Source of the DNA: a virus
Taxonomy: Duplodnaviria > Caudoviricetes
Direction: 5' to 3' (one strand)
Virus record (IMG/VR): IMGVR_UViG_2599185230_000001
Coordinates: 44,395 to 108,394 of that record
Length of the DNA: 64,000 bases
In this document: positions 39,956-48,808 of the stretch, one piece after another
Numbering within the stretch: the first letter of the stretch is position 1
Layout: each line of letters begins with the position of its first letter
Made by a program: the position numbers and the translations under genes
The notes under the pieces: generated by a model
What the model saw: only the letters and a program-made list of their open reading frames with translations
The model's database searches: none
What the model was told of the DNA's origin: nothing

Positions 39956-39986
39956 GCTATCTACCGTAAAAGTTCCGGCTTGTGAC
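39956..39986 (-). promoter_or_regulatory. Phage-specific promoter motif, copy 5 (holin)
   Basis: gctatctaccgtaaaa-N9-tgtgac. Confidence 0.75.
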
Positions 39987-40000
39987 ACTAACTTTTTAAA

Positions 40001-40777
40001 TTATTTCAGGACTTCCAGCCTGTCCAGCAGAACGAGCAGGCGGTAAAAGGTAACGTCCCCCTGGGGTTCCGTGATATATCCCTTTTGATAAGCCTTTAAA
40101 ACGGCACCTCGTGCCCAGTCGGGCACGCCAACCAGCGGATCGGTGGCTGGGATCTGGGTAGAGGTCATGGGCATTAATACATTTAACCTAGTACCGACAG
40201 CTACAATATCGGGATTTGAGACTTTGTTAAGTTTGATAAAGTCAGCCAGCCCAATATTAAAACGGCTTGCAATTTGGCCCAGGGTGTCCCCAGGCTTAAC
40301 GGTGTAAATGCCTGCCACCGTGTCTATAAATTCGTCCCAGCGGGGTAGAATTTTTTCCGGGCAATACTTCCCGCTCCAGCGTCTGTGCGGTACGACGTTT
40401 TCCAGTGGAATGTTATACTGTTCCATCAGTTGGCGAATTAAAAAAACGGCGTTGGAAATAGCTTTTTCCAGGTCGCCGTCTTTGTTTTGGCAGATTTCTA
40501 TTCCTATGGAAGTAGTGTTACCGGGGCCGTCTTTGCCGTCGCCAGCATGGTAGACCACTTCGTTAGCCGGTATGTGTTGAATTATTTCTTTGTCGTCTAT
40601 AGTAAAATGCCAGCCCGTCGAGCCGCTGTTTCCACCTTGTAAATACCTGGAATGTCCTGCGGCGTTGGCCCCTGGATTGCTGTTTCCGGTGTTGTGGATG
40701 GTAATGTATTTCGGTTCCATTGGGCAGCCCGTGCGGGCTTTAAGTCCTTCGGGCAAAATTTCCTTCTTTATAATCAT
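40001..40777 (-). CDS. Endolysin: Amidase_2 plus LysM
   Basis: ITIHNT, WHFTID, YHAGDG, SIGIEIC, VVPH, CP; YTVKPGDTL. Confidence 0.92.
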   Translation of the reverse strand: MIIKKEILPEGLKARTGCPMEPKYITIHNTGNSNPGANAAGHSRYLQGGNSGSTGWHFTIDDKEIIQHIPANEVVYHAGDGKDGPGNTTSIGIEICQNKDGDLEKAISNAVFLIRQLMEQYNIPLENVVPHRRWSGKYCPEKILPRWDEFIDTVAGIYTVKPGDTLGQIASRFNIGLADFIKLNKVSNPDIVAVGTRLNVLMPMTSTQIPATDPLVGVPDWARGAVLKAYQKGYITEPQGDVTFYRLLVLLDRLEVLK

Positions 40778-40779
40778 TG

Positions 40780-41034
40780 CTATGGGTTGCCCCCTTTTTT
40801 ACTGCTGATTGATACCTTTATGTCGTTTACGTCGTCGGCAATTTTCCGGTATTGTTCGGTCAGTAATTCAAACTGCTTGGTAATGTCGTGGATAAATGCA
40901 GTAAGCTTGTCTTCCCGTTGTTTGGCTTCATCCTGCAGTCGGCGGCTTTCTCTCAGCTGGTAATAGTAAAGAGACACGAACAGAACAGCCCAAAGCCCTT
41001 CTTTAAAGGCGTAGTTGAAAATGGTTTCTTCTAC
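40780..41034 (-). CDS. BhlA/UviB-family holin-like protein; the expected start codon reads GTA
   Basis: EETIFNYAFKEGLWAVLFVSL...KQREDKL; GGGGGTG RBS upstream of GTA at 41034. Confidence 0.7.
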   Translation of the reverse strand, partial: VEETIFNYAFKEGLWAVLFVSLYYYQLRESRRLQDEAKQREDKLTAFIHDITKQFELLTEQYRKIADDVNDIKVSISSKKGGNP

Positions 41035-41089
41035 TCAAGCCACCCCCTTTCCCAGTAAAGAAGGAAGGCCAAGCCCGAAGGCTAGGCTA

Positions 41090-41836
41090 CTAACGTGCAA
41101 AAATATGGTTGCCTATTTGGGTTGTTATTTCCCTTGTCCATACCCAGTTGTAAGCTCCCACCAGGGAGGGGTTCCAGAAATACAAGGCCCCGTAAGTCGG
41201 GTCGTAGCCGCTCACGGCGTCCTGGGCAGCCTGCCTTGCGGTATCATTCGGGGTATTGTAAAAACTACCGTCATAAACAGGGGAGAAAGCCCACGGTTGG
41301 TAAAGCACATCGGCAATGGTGTTGGGAAAGCGGCTGTCTTTAACGCGGTTTAAAATAACAGCCCCGACACCAACTTGTCCTTTATACGGTTCGCCTTTTG
41401 ATTCGGCGTAGATCATACGGGCAAATAGATCCATTTCTTTAGGGGTGAATTCCGAGGCGGGTACTAATACAGGGGCAGGAATATATAGAATTTGGCCCAC
41501 GTATAAGTAGTCGCTATTCAACCCGTTAGCTAGTTTAATAGCCTGAATGGGTATGCCCCCATAGTTCCGTGAGATTTTCCAAAGGCTGTCCCCTGCACGT
41601 ACTCTGTAAGTGTCCGGTATCAATAGTTTTTGACCAGAGTAAATGATATTGCCTCCAGCCATACCGTTTACGGTTTGTAATGTATTAACAGGCACGCCGT
41701 TGACATTGCTTATTCTCCAGAGGGTGTCCCCTGGTTTGACTTGGTGCAGGGTCGAGGCATCGGCGTTGACCACAAAAATAAAAGCCGCCATTATAACGGC
41801 AGCTAGCACCAGAACACGAATCCAGGTTTTAAACAC
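41090..41836 (-). CDS. Cell wall hydrolase: signal peptide, two LysM and a SleB/Hydrolase_2 domain
   Basis: ARMIYAESKGEPYKGQVGVGAVILNRV, FPNTI, GALYFWNP, IGNHIF. Confidence 0.9.
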   Translation of the reverse strand: MFKTWIRVLVLAAVIMAAFIFVVNADASTLHQVKPGDTLWRISNVNGVPVNTLQTVNGMAGGNIIYSGQKLLIPDTYRVRAGDSLWKISRNYGGIPIQAIKLANGLNSDYLYVGQILYIPAPVLVPASEFTPKEMDLFARMIYAESKGEPYKGQVGVGAVILNRVKDSRFPNTIADVLYQPWAFSPVYDGSFYNTPNDTARQAAQDAVSGYDPTYGALYFWNPSLVGAYNWVWTREITTQIGNHIFAR

Positions 41837-41854
41837 TAAATTTTGCTCCTTTCA

Positions 41855-42211
41855 TTAAGTATTAGGCCCCCCTTCCAACTTGGCCAGCTTGTCTTCCAGG
41901 GCTTGCAAGCGGTCTTCAAGGGCCTTCATGCGGTTAGCCTCTTTTTGGGCTTTGGGGATTTTCCGGGGTTTTTCGTCGTTTTTCATCCATTCGGGCTTCA
42001 TAGCGTCGCCCTTTTTTATCTTGTCGGCCACGTAGCGGTCGTCAATAACAACAAAAGGATGTTTAATGTCCCTGATTTCCCCGAATTTGTGACGCACATT
42101 ATTTCCATCCACTTCCACTTCCCAAAGCCCATTTGTGGCCTGCAATACTTTTGGGCCGTCTTTATCATTTGAATAAATAATCAAATGGTATTGATTCCCC
42201 AGGTTAGGCAA
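41855..42211 (-). CDS. Tail-associated hypothetical protein
   Basis: Follows Tal; C-terminal coiled coil. Confidence 0.6.
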   Translation of the reverse strand: MPNLGNQYHLIIYSNDKDGPKVLQATNGLWEVEVDGNNVRHKFGEIRDIKHPFVVIDDRYVADKIKKGDAMKPEWMKNDEKPRKIPKAQKEANRMKALEDRLQALEDKLAKLEGGPNT

Positions 42212-42228
42212 TTATAATTACCTCCTAT

Positions 42229-45200
42229 TTAAAGTCCAAGGACTGCCTTATATGTAAGGTATTCCTTGTATTTGGCATAATGGTCGCCGTTCGGTGAATA
42301 TAACGCAAAGCCTTTAGCGTTGCCGTTAATAATCTGGGTCAGCGTCCAGGTCGGCACTTCCACCCACCTTTCTTCTCCCCAAGCTAGCCCAGGCATTATT
42401 CCTATTGGGAATATTAACTGGGGTTCTCCTTGGTAAGGTATGTCGGTGTAGTTGTGCATATATAAGTAAAGGGGTTCTTCTTTCGGGTAGCCCCCTTCGG
42501 CATACCTTGTTAGCCGTAGAAAGCATTTAAGCACACTTTTAGGGTTAATTTCGTACCAGTTCTCTTTAATAAAGTCTACTGGTAGAAAATACAATGATTT
42601 GTGGTTTCCTGAATTATCCCAGGCCCCCTGTATAGCCCCTTTATAGTCCCCGTTCCAATTTTCGTATTCATTCCATACGGCCAGTTTTGTGGAATAATGT
42701 CCCATAATACAGGTGTTACTTTCAAATTTAGTGTTTTCGTTGCCAGCTTCAGCGGTAAATACGCCTGTAATTTGGCCCCCATTTATAGTTTCCGTGTTGG
42801 CTGTGTCGCCCTGGGGTGCAGTTCCTCCTCCGGCTATGATAGAAGGCCCGTCTGCCCGTAAGCCCGTCGGTGCTGTGCCCGTACAATCGGTTATGTTTAC
42901 GGTGCTTCCTTCACCGGCTTCGACAGCCACGTCTGCAGCCCCGTAAAATGAACATCGGTCTAAACTAATGTAACTAGAAGCCGCCAAAAGGCCCCATTGA
43001 CAAAGGCTATTTGTGTTTACGTCTATACGAAGGGCTTGCAGTCGGCTGTCTGTAACATATACCGTGGCCGCTTGACCGTTTAGTTCCCCGGCCAGGGGCA
43101 CATCATTTATGATGCCGTCTTCTAAAAAAACATCCATACCATTTGAATGAATGGCTATATTACCGTTTAATACACTGCCCTGTAATTCTATTGCTAATTG
43201 ACCACTTCCGTAATAGCCCTGAATGGCTATAGTTTCGTAAAAGGTTTGGCCAGCGGCACACTGAATGGTCACTACTCCAAAGTTGAAGCGAGGCACTTTG
43301 TCGATGGCCTTTTGAATAGTCCGTAAAGGCTGCGAGGGATCAAGGCCCGTGTTGTCGTCCCGCCCGTTTACGGCGTCTATATAGTAAATGTCGTTGTCAT
43401 AATTAACCTGTATTGTGTTACTGGTTAGCTTGCCAACATAAAGTTCACGGAAACCGCCTACCCGTGCGTCCAGGTCGGCTATAACGTCTCCGCCTTCGTT
43501 ATAAACTTGCAAGCGGCCATACCCGTTCCCTGGGCCGCCTAGTACTAAAGTTCCGCCACGGGCACGGTCAAAGGACATAGTTCCCGCTGTTATTAGGTCA
43601 GCGGTAAAACCGTCGGCGGTGCCAAAGGTCGTCCAGTTCCACTCCCCCGTCACGAGGTCTTTACTGTTCGCTATGGCTAAAACGCCGCCTAAAAGCCGCA
43701 TGGCCTTTGTCGGGCTGTAGTCGTTGTCTGTAATTAAAATTCCGTTATGATGCGACAGCTTAACGGTTCCCTGTCCCGCCCGAACTTCGGCCCGCAAAGT
43801 GTCAATATAGCCGTTAGGCGTCCCCACTTTGCTATCCCATACTCCTTCTTTGTCATTGATCTTCTTTTCCACCCGTTCCAGGCGGGCCAGGGTGTCCGAC
43901 ACTTTCGGCAAAAAATTGCCCAGCTTAACTTCGGCCTTTTCAGGCTCATCCAGGTGACGGGCCAGTTCAATGACACGGGCCTCCACCGATAGGGGCGGGT
44001 TGAATTCATTATCAATACATACAACATTGTCCCCCAGGCGGACTTTTTCGGAGGCGTAGCCCGTTACTTTTTCCAGGTCAACAACGTCCATAACGTATTC
44101 CATCAGGGGCGTTTTGTTTTGTTGCAGGGCTTCCCAGGTTTCCCGCAAAAGGGCTTCAGGATCGGTTTGTTCTTCGTTTTCGTAGATACCGAAACGGTGG
44201 CGTAAGGTGCCGTCATAGTTAATGCGGCCAAAGGTCGCCAGGGCGTCGGGGTCGCCTACCCACTCCTGGCCCATTGGTTTGTCCACGGGGTATCCGTCGG
44301 CTTTTTCCCATATCACGTCGGCAAAGTTAATACGGCGTCCATAGCCGTCCCCGCTTTCTTCGCCCTTGCCCCGGCCATAAAGGGCCGTTTTTACCACTGT
44401 GCTATCCGCTGTGCGTGTTACCTTCTTCATGTCCCTGGTGTACTGAAAGCGGCGGCCTGTATTGGTGCCCCTGCTTTGCAACAGGTCAACGTAGCGGCCC
44501 GTGATTTTACCGCCCGCCAGTTTCACCCGGTAACGCACTTCACAATTAAAAGTGTCAATAATTTTGTGGATACCGGAAAGGACACTTTCGTAATAAAAAT
44601 TTAGCTGGGACACGGTGCCCATTTCGCTTACAATACCCACTTCCCAGCGGGTGCCCGAAAGCATGATCGCCAGAAGGTTGCGAGCCGTTTCGTTTTCGGG
44701 CCGCCTGTCTTCCACGATTTCATCCACCAGTTCCAGGGCGGCGTGTTCGCAAAAAACCCTCTTATATACTGTGCTTTCGTGTGTTTCCTCCACTTCTTTG
44801 ACTACGAATAACTGGTAAAATTCTTCGTCCAGGTCTTTAATAGCCACGAGGCTTTCTGTAGCGACATATTGGGTGTCTTCGTGCTGTGCGGGCATATAAA
44901 ATTCCAGGGTATTTTCGCCGTTTATTTGTTCCTTATGCACGGCGTCGTAATAAGGGCATGCCGTAGGGCTTCCGTTAGTTAGAACCGCCCGTATGATTTC
45001 GCTTTTATCAAATATGAATAAATGGCGGTCAGGGTTTATAACGGTGTCCCGCTGTTCCAGGTTCCTTACGAATTCGTCCCAGCGAGGCAGCAAAAGTTTG
45101 GGACAGTCGGCCCCCTGGTCAAAGTAACGGTGGGGCACCACATTCTTTGTGGGTATGGAATAAAGGGCCTGTAAATACCGGATTAACCACAGGGCGTTTT

Positions 45201-45525
45201 GCTCGGCTTGCCCACGGTTGCCTCCAGCGTTTCGGCAAATTGTGATACTTATAGAAGTGTCATTCCCTGGGTCGTCGGTGGCCGTCGAGGTATTAAGCGT
45301 CATTTCGTCGGTTGGCACGTGTTCAACTATACCCAGGGCATCTACGGTAAAATGCCAGGAATTTAAGGCAGTGTCGTCGGTGTTCAAAAGGTTGGCGTAA
45401 AAATTGGCGTCTGCGTAAGCCGCCAGGTTGTCGGCGTCATGTATAACAATGCAAGAAGGGTTGATATATAGTTTGGGTCTGTTTGGCCGCCCGCCAGGAA
45501 TATGGTTTTTTGTTATGGACGCCAT
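42229..45525 (-). CDS. Tail-associated lysin/spike (Tal) with N-terminal amidase-like domain and beta-helix
   Basis: Amidase_2-like residues 1-157; prophage tail core (TALYGRGKG, VRLGDNV); YYIDAVNGRDDNTG..PLRTIQKAID beta-helix start. Confidence 0.85.
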   Translation of the reverse strand: MASITKNHIPGGRPNRPKLYINPSCIVIHDADNLAAYADANFYANLLNTDDTALNSWHFTVDALGIVEHVPTDEMTLNTSTATDDPGNDTSISITICRNAGGNRGQAEQNALWLIRYLQALYSIPTKNVVPHRYFDQGADCPKLLLPRWDEFVRNLEQRDTVINPDRHLFIFDKSEIIRAVLTNGSPTACPYYDAVHKEQINGENTLEFYMPAQHEDTQYVATESLVAIKDLDEEFYQLFVVKEVEETHESTVYKRVFCEHAALELVDEIVEDRRPENETARNLLAIMLSGTRWEVGIVSEMGTVSQLNFYYESVLSGIHKIIDTFNCEVRYRVKLAGGKITGRYVDLLQSRGTNTGRRFQYTRDMKKVTRTADSTVVKTALYGRGKGEESGDGYGRRINFADVIWEKADGYPVDKPMGQEWVGDPDALATFGRINYDGTLRHRFGIYENEEQTDPEALLRETWEALQQNKTPLMEYVMDVVDLEKVTGYASEKVRLGDNVVCIDNEFNPPLSVEARVIELARHLDEPEKAEVKLGNFLPKVSDTLARLERVEKKINDKEGVWDSKVGTPNGYIDTLRAEVRAGQGTVKLSHHNGILITDNDYSPTKAMRLLGGVLAIANSKDLVTGEWNWTTFGTADGFTADLITAGTMSFDRARGGTLVLGGPGNGYGRLQVYNEGGDVIADLDARVGGFRELYVGKLTSNTIQVNYDNDIYYIDAVNGRDDNTGLDPSQPLRTIQKAIDKVPRFNFGVVTIQCAAGQTFYETIAIQGYYGSGQLAIELQGSVLNGNIAIHSNGMDVFLEDGIINDVPLAGELNGQAATVYVTDSRLQALRIDVNTNSLCQWGLLAASSYISLDRCSFYGAADVAVEAGEGSTVNITDCTGTAPTGLRADGPSIIAGGGTAPQGDTANTETINGGQITGVFTAEAGNENTKFESNTCIMGHYSTKLAVWNEYENWNGDYKGAIQGAWDNSGNHKSLYFLPVDFIKENWYEINPKSVLKCFLRLTRYAEGGYPKEEPLYLYMHNYTDIPYQGEPQLIFPIGIMPGLAWGEERWVEVPTWTLTQIINGNAKGFALYSPNGDHYAKYKEYLTYKAVLGL

Positions 45526-45576
45526 TTATCCACCCCCTTAAATTAAAAGGAAACGGCATCCCAAAGGACGCCGTTG

Positions 45577-48500
45577 TTACAGCCATTTTTCTTGATATTG
45601 TATGGTTACGTCACACTTTGCAGCTGGTTCCAAAGTAAATTCATTCAAGCCACGGTCTAACATAAAGAAGTCAGAAGACACGTCCAGGCAGTTCATGGCC
45701 CGCAGTCCGTTCACCTCTATAGTCGCCCTGTCATTGTCAATTACAAGTATGTCCCCGTGTTGGAAGTCATAAGTCACTAATACGTGCTTGCTTCCCTTCT
45801 GTAACTTGACGTAAGGGATCGGGGCTTTTACTTTCATGGTAAATAACGGGTAAGTCCTTGCGGTTCCGTTATACGTCAAGCAAGGGGATTCTACGGCCCC
45901 CACGCCCAGGTTGCCGTCAAAAGCCATTAGACAGGAGGTGTTTTCGTCCAGCGGCAGCGGGCCGCCTGTATCATTGGCCGCCAGTTCTGCGGTTGTGCGG
46001 ACTATTTTAGAAGCCCTTACTTCATCAATGGTGTTGTTCCATTGTTCGGAAGTGTCAAAACTGCTTCCCAGGAATATGGTTCCCTTTTCGTCTATGTTGG
46101 CGGGGGTCGCCAGGGTCGCGGTGCCCCACTCCACGCCGTCAATCAAAAGCCACACCTGGCTCCCGTTCCAGCGGGCCGCAAAGACGTGGCTGCCCACCAT
46201 GGCAATGCCCGAAGTTTTAATGACCAGAGTATTGTTAAAATGCAATTCATAGGTTCCGTCAGTCAGCTTTTTAAATAGGAAGCGGCTTCCTTCGGCCCCG
46301 TGGCTGTCCCATAAAAAGGCGTTGCGGTCAGTCCGCCCGTCCTCAAAAGCCCTGACTTCGAAGGTGCCCTGGTCGCTTTCCAGGCCGCCGCCCATGTCCA
46401 GGGTCAGGGTTTCCGGTTCACGGGTGCCCACTGTCCAGGTCGTTTGATAGGGCTTTTCTTCAAGCTGCCATTTGGTCACGCCGCTGGGGGTTAGCTTTAA
46501 TTCCGCCGTGGCCGGGGTCACGGTAATCAGGTTTCCGGTTTTGTGGTTTGACACTTTAAAGATCAGGCTGTGTAAGGTCGGTGGTTCAGGTGACGTTACT
46601 GTTTTAAGGGTAGCTCTAGTCATAACGGTTATACCTGAAAGACTTTGACCGGGGATTAGCCCGGAAATTGCCCCTCCGTTGGTCGCCGCCTGCCACGAAG
46701 TCCCGGCGTCCACGCTGGTTTCTACGGTAAGGGAAGCACCGGCGGGCACGGTGGCCGTCCATGAAATGACACTTGAAAAATAGGCTTCCACGTTGGAAAT
46801 ATCGTAGGCCGCAGAACTCCTTGTGCCGGTGTTGGCCTTGCTTATATTTATAGCTAGGTCTGTTAACTGAGGCGTTTGCTTTTGGTCGGCGGTCGGGGTT
46901 AGTGTCGCTCGGTATTGCAGCTTCGCTCCGCTTGCAATCACGGAACCGCTAGGCAAGCCGGGGACGGCCCCGCCTTTGGCTACAGTTTGCCAGCCCGCCC
47001 AGGTCGTCCCGTCTGGGGCGTAGTTGGTTTGCACGGTCAGGCCCGCCCCGGTGGGCACAACGCTGCCCCAGGTTATGGTTGAAGTCATAACGATGGACGG
47101 CGAAAGTGTCATAATGGGGGAGGTATAGGTGCCTGTTAATCTGTAAACGTCTTTAGCCGCGATTTCCACGGTAATATCAGACACTTTCGGGGTCTGCGTC
47201 GGATCGGACGTGGCTAGCGTTACCCTCCATTTAAGGCTTTTGCCCGCCACGTCAGTGTCGGGGGCTAGGCCAGGAATTTCCCCACCGTTGGTGCATTGTG
47301 CCCAGGTAGTCCCGCCGTCAAGCGTCACTTCTACCTTTACGGTTGTGCTGGCGGAAGGCGTTATTTCCGTCCATGCGATACGGCTTGTCGCCACGGTGCC
47401 CACGGTTGAAATGTTGTAAGCGGGGGACACGCGGCTGCCCGTGGATTTATACTGGTCTGTGGTCGTGGTTTCGTCCCACTGTACGGTAAAGTCGTCCACA
47501 TAACAGCGGTAGCCGTGGCCGCCGTCTTCCCAGCTGACGTTATAGCTCCGCCCAGGGGTTAAGTTATAGCTTGTAAATGTCCAGTAATTGGCCGCCGATA
47601 ATTTTCTGATCAGGGTGCCGTTCACGTAAATTTCCGTTATTCCGCTACTGGGATACGTGGGGAAATTCATTTTTGCGTTCTCAGCCCCCGCCGGAATGAC
47701 AAAAATAGTGTACCCGTAATAATTTGTAGTGTAAGAATAATCGCCACTCCAATGCTGATTTGAAGAATTGTCGAAGTAATACCATTGAAAGAAATTACCC
47801 ACTGTTGTGCTTTCGTCATCTTCAAAGGTGGCCTTTTTAATTATGTGTTGCGTGCTTGTTACTTGCTCGGTGGCCAGCTTCAGTTCACCGTTTGCGTTGG
47901 CCGTAACGTCTGTAAGCGTGCCCCCTAGAAAGTCGGCCTGAGTCGTTTCGGTTTTAGCGTAGTCGGTGCCCGAAGGTATTTTGGTTAATTCCACAAGGCC
48001 GCCCGCCGTGGCCTGGGTGTTGCTGTGGGTTCCGTTAAAGTCGCCCTGGATCGTGTCGGCGTTGCTGAAAGCTGGTTCAAGTGTCAATTTTAAATCTGTA
48101 TCATCGGTATGAACTCCGCTTTGGGTGCCTGTGGCCAGGTCGTCCATAAAGACGTGTTCGAGTGTCACGGCCTGGTCTGTCCCTTCGGTTGAAAGGGTAT
48201 AAATTGCCCCAGGTGTCAACGCGGTTAAGGTTTCTTCCGCCGGGGCTTCTGCAGTTTGCATATGGTTTGTGGTTCCTTCTTCAATAAAGACGGCCTCCCC
48301 GTACTGGCCCGCCTTATAGCGTGGCTGGTTTACAGAGTAGGATGTGCCGTCTTCCAGAAAGGCTGCCGAGGCCCTGGCAAACACCGGGTTAGGTTTGGCC
48401 ACGGCCACGGTTTGGTTAATCAATTGCCCGGCGGCAAAGGGTTCAGGGCATAAAAAAAGCAGGTTTCCCTGTCCGTTGTAAACGATTTCGTCAATATCCG

Positions 48501-48807
48501 TTTCACCAGTTACCCGTGCCATGTATATTTTGTCGGGTTCGTCGCTAAAAACAAGCGGCTTCAAGTCGTCCTGGTATAACCAGTCGGCCAGTTGACGGGC
48601 CTTTACGCGTAACTCTTCCCATGACGCCGCCTTTATGGTCACGGCCACCTCAATTTGTCTTACGCCCAGTTCCGTGCCAAAGTCTAAGGCCCCCGCCCGC
48701 TTTGGTATGCTCACTGTTTTAGAGGCCACAGGAGGTAAAATGCTTTGCCTAACCACGTTTACTGTCACGTAGGTTTTACTATCTATTCCATTAAAAGAAA
48801 ATGACAC
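45577..48807 (-). CDS. Evolved distal tail protein (Dit) with inserted repeats and LamG-like domain
   Basis: SFSFNG...LVFSDEPDKIYMARV...FLCPEPF N-part; SDFFMLDRGLNEF...YQEKWL C-part; HVFAARWNG..LLIDG LamG segment; start GTG near 48807 inferred. Confidence 0.85.
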   Translation of the reverse strand: MSFSFNGIDSKTYVTVNVVRQSILPPVASKTVSIPKRAGALDFGTELGVRQIEVAVTIKAASWEELRVKARQLADWLYQDDLKPLVFSDEPDKIYMARVTGETDIDEIVYNGQGNLLFLCPEPFAAGQLINQTVAVAKPNPVFARASAAFLEDGTSYSVNQPRYKAGQYGEAVFIEEGTTNHMQTAEAPAEETLTALTPGAIYTLSTEGTDQAVTLEHVFMDDLATGTQSGVHTDDTDLKLTLEPAFSNADTIQGDFNGTHSNTQATAGGLVELTKIPSGTDYAKTETTQADFLGGTLTDVTANANGELKLATEQVTSTQHIIKKATFEDDESTTVGNFFQWYYFDNSSNQHWSGDYSYTTNYYGYTIFVIPAGAENAKMNFPTYPSSGITEIYVNGTLIRKLSAANYWTFTSYNLTPGRSYNVSWEDGGHGYRCYVDDFTVQWDETTTTDQYKSTGSRVSPAYNISTVGTVATSRIAWTEITPSASTTVKVEVTLDGGTTWAQCTNGGEIPGLAPDTDVAGKSLKWRVTLATSDPTQTPKVSDITVEIAAKDVYRLTGTYTSPIMTLSPSIVMTSTITWGSVVPTGAGLTVQTNYAPDGTTWAGWQTVAKGGAVPGLPSGSVIASGAKLQYRATLTPTADQKQTPQLTDLAINISKANTGTRSSAAYDISNVEAYFSSVISWTATVPAGASLTVETSVDAGTSWQAATNGGAISGLIPGQSLSGITVMTRATLKTVTSPEPPTLHSLIFKVSNHKTGNLITVTPATAELKLTPSGVTKWQLEEKPYQTTWTVGTREPETLTLDMGGGLESDQGTFEVRAFEDGRTDRNAFLWDSHGAEGSRFLFKKLTDGTYELHFNNTLVIKTSGIAMVGSHVFAARWNGSQVWLLIDGVEWGTATLATPANIDEKGTIFLGSSFDTSEQWNNTIDEVRASKIVRTTAELAANDTGGPLPLDENTSCLMAFDGNLGVGAVESPCLTYNGTARTYPLFTMKVKAPIPYVKLQKGSKHVLVTYDFQHGDILVIDNDRATIEVNGLRAMNCLDVSSDFFMLDRGLNEFTLEPAAKCDVTIQYQEKWL

Positions 48808-48808
48808 T

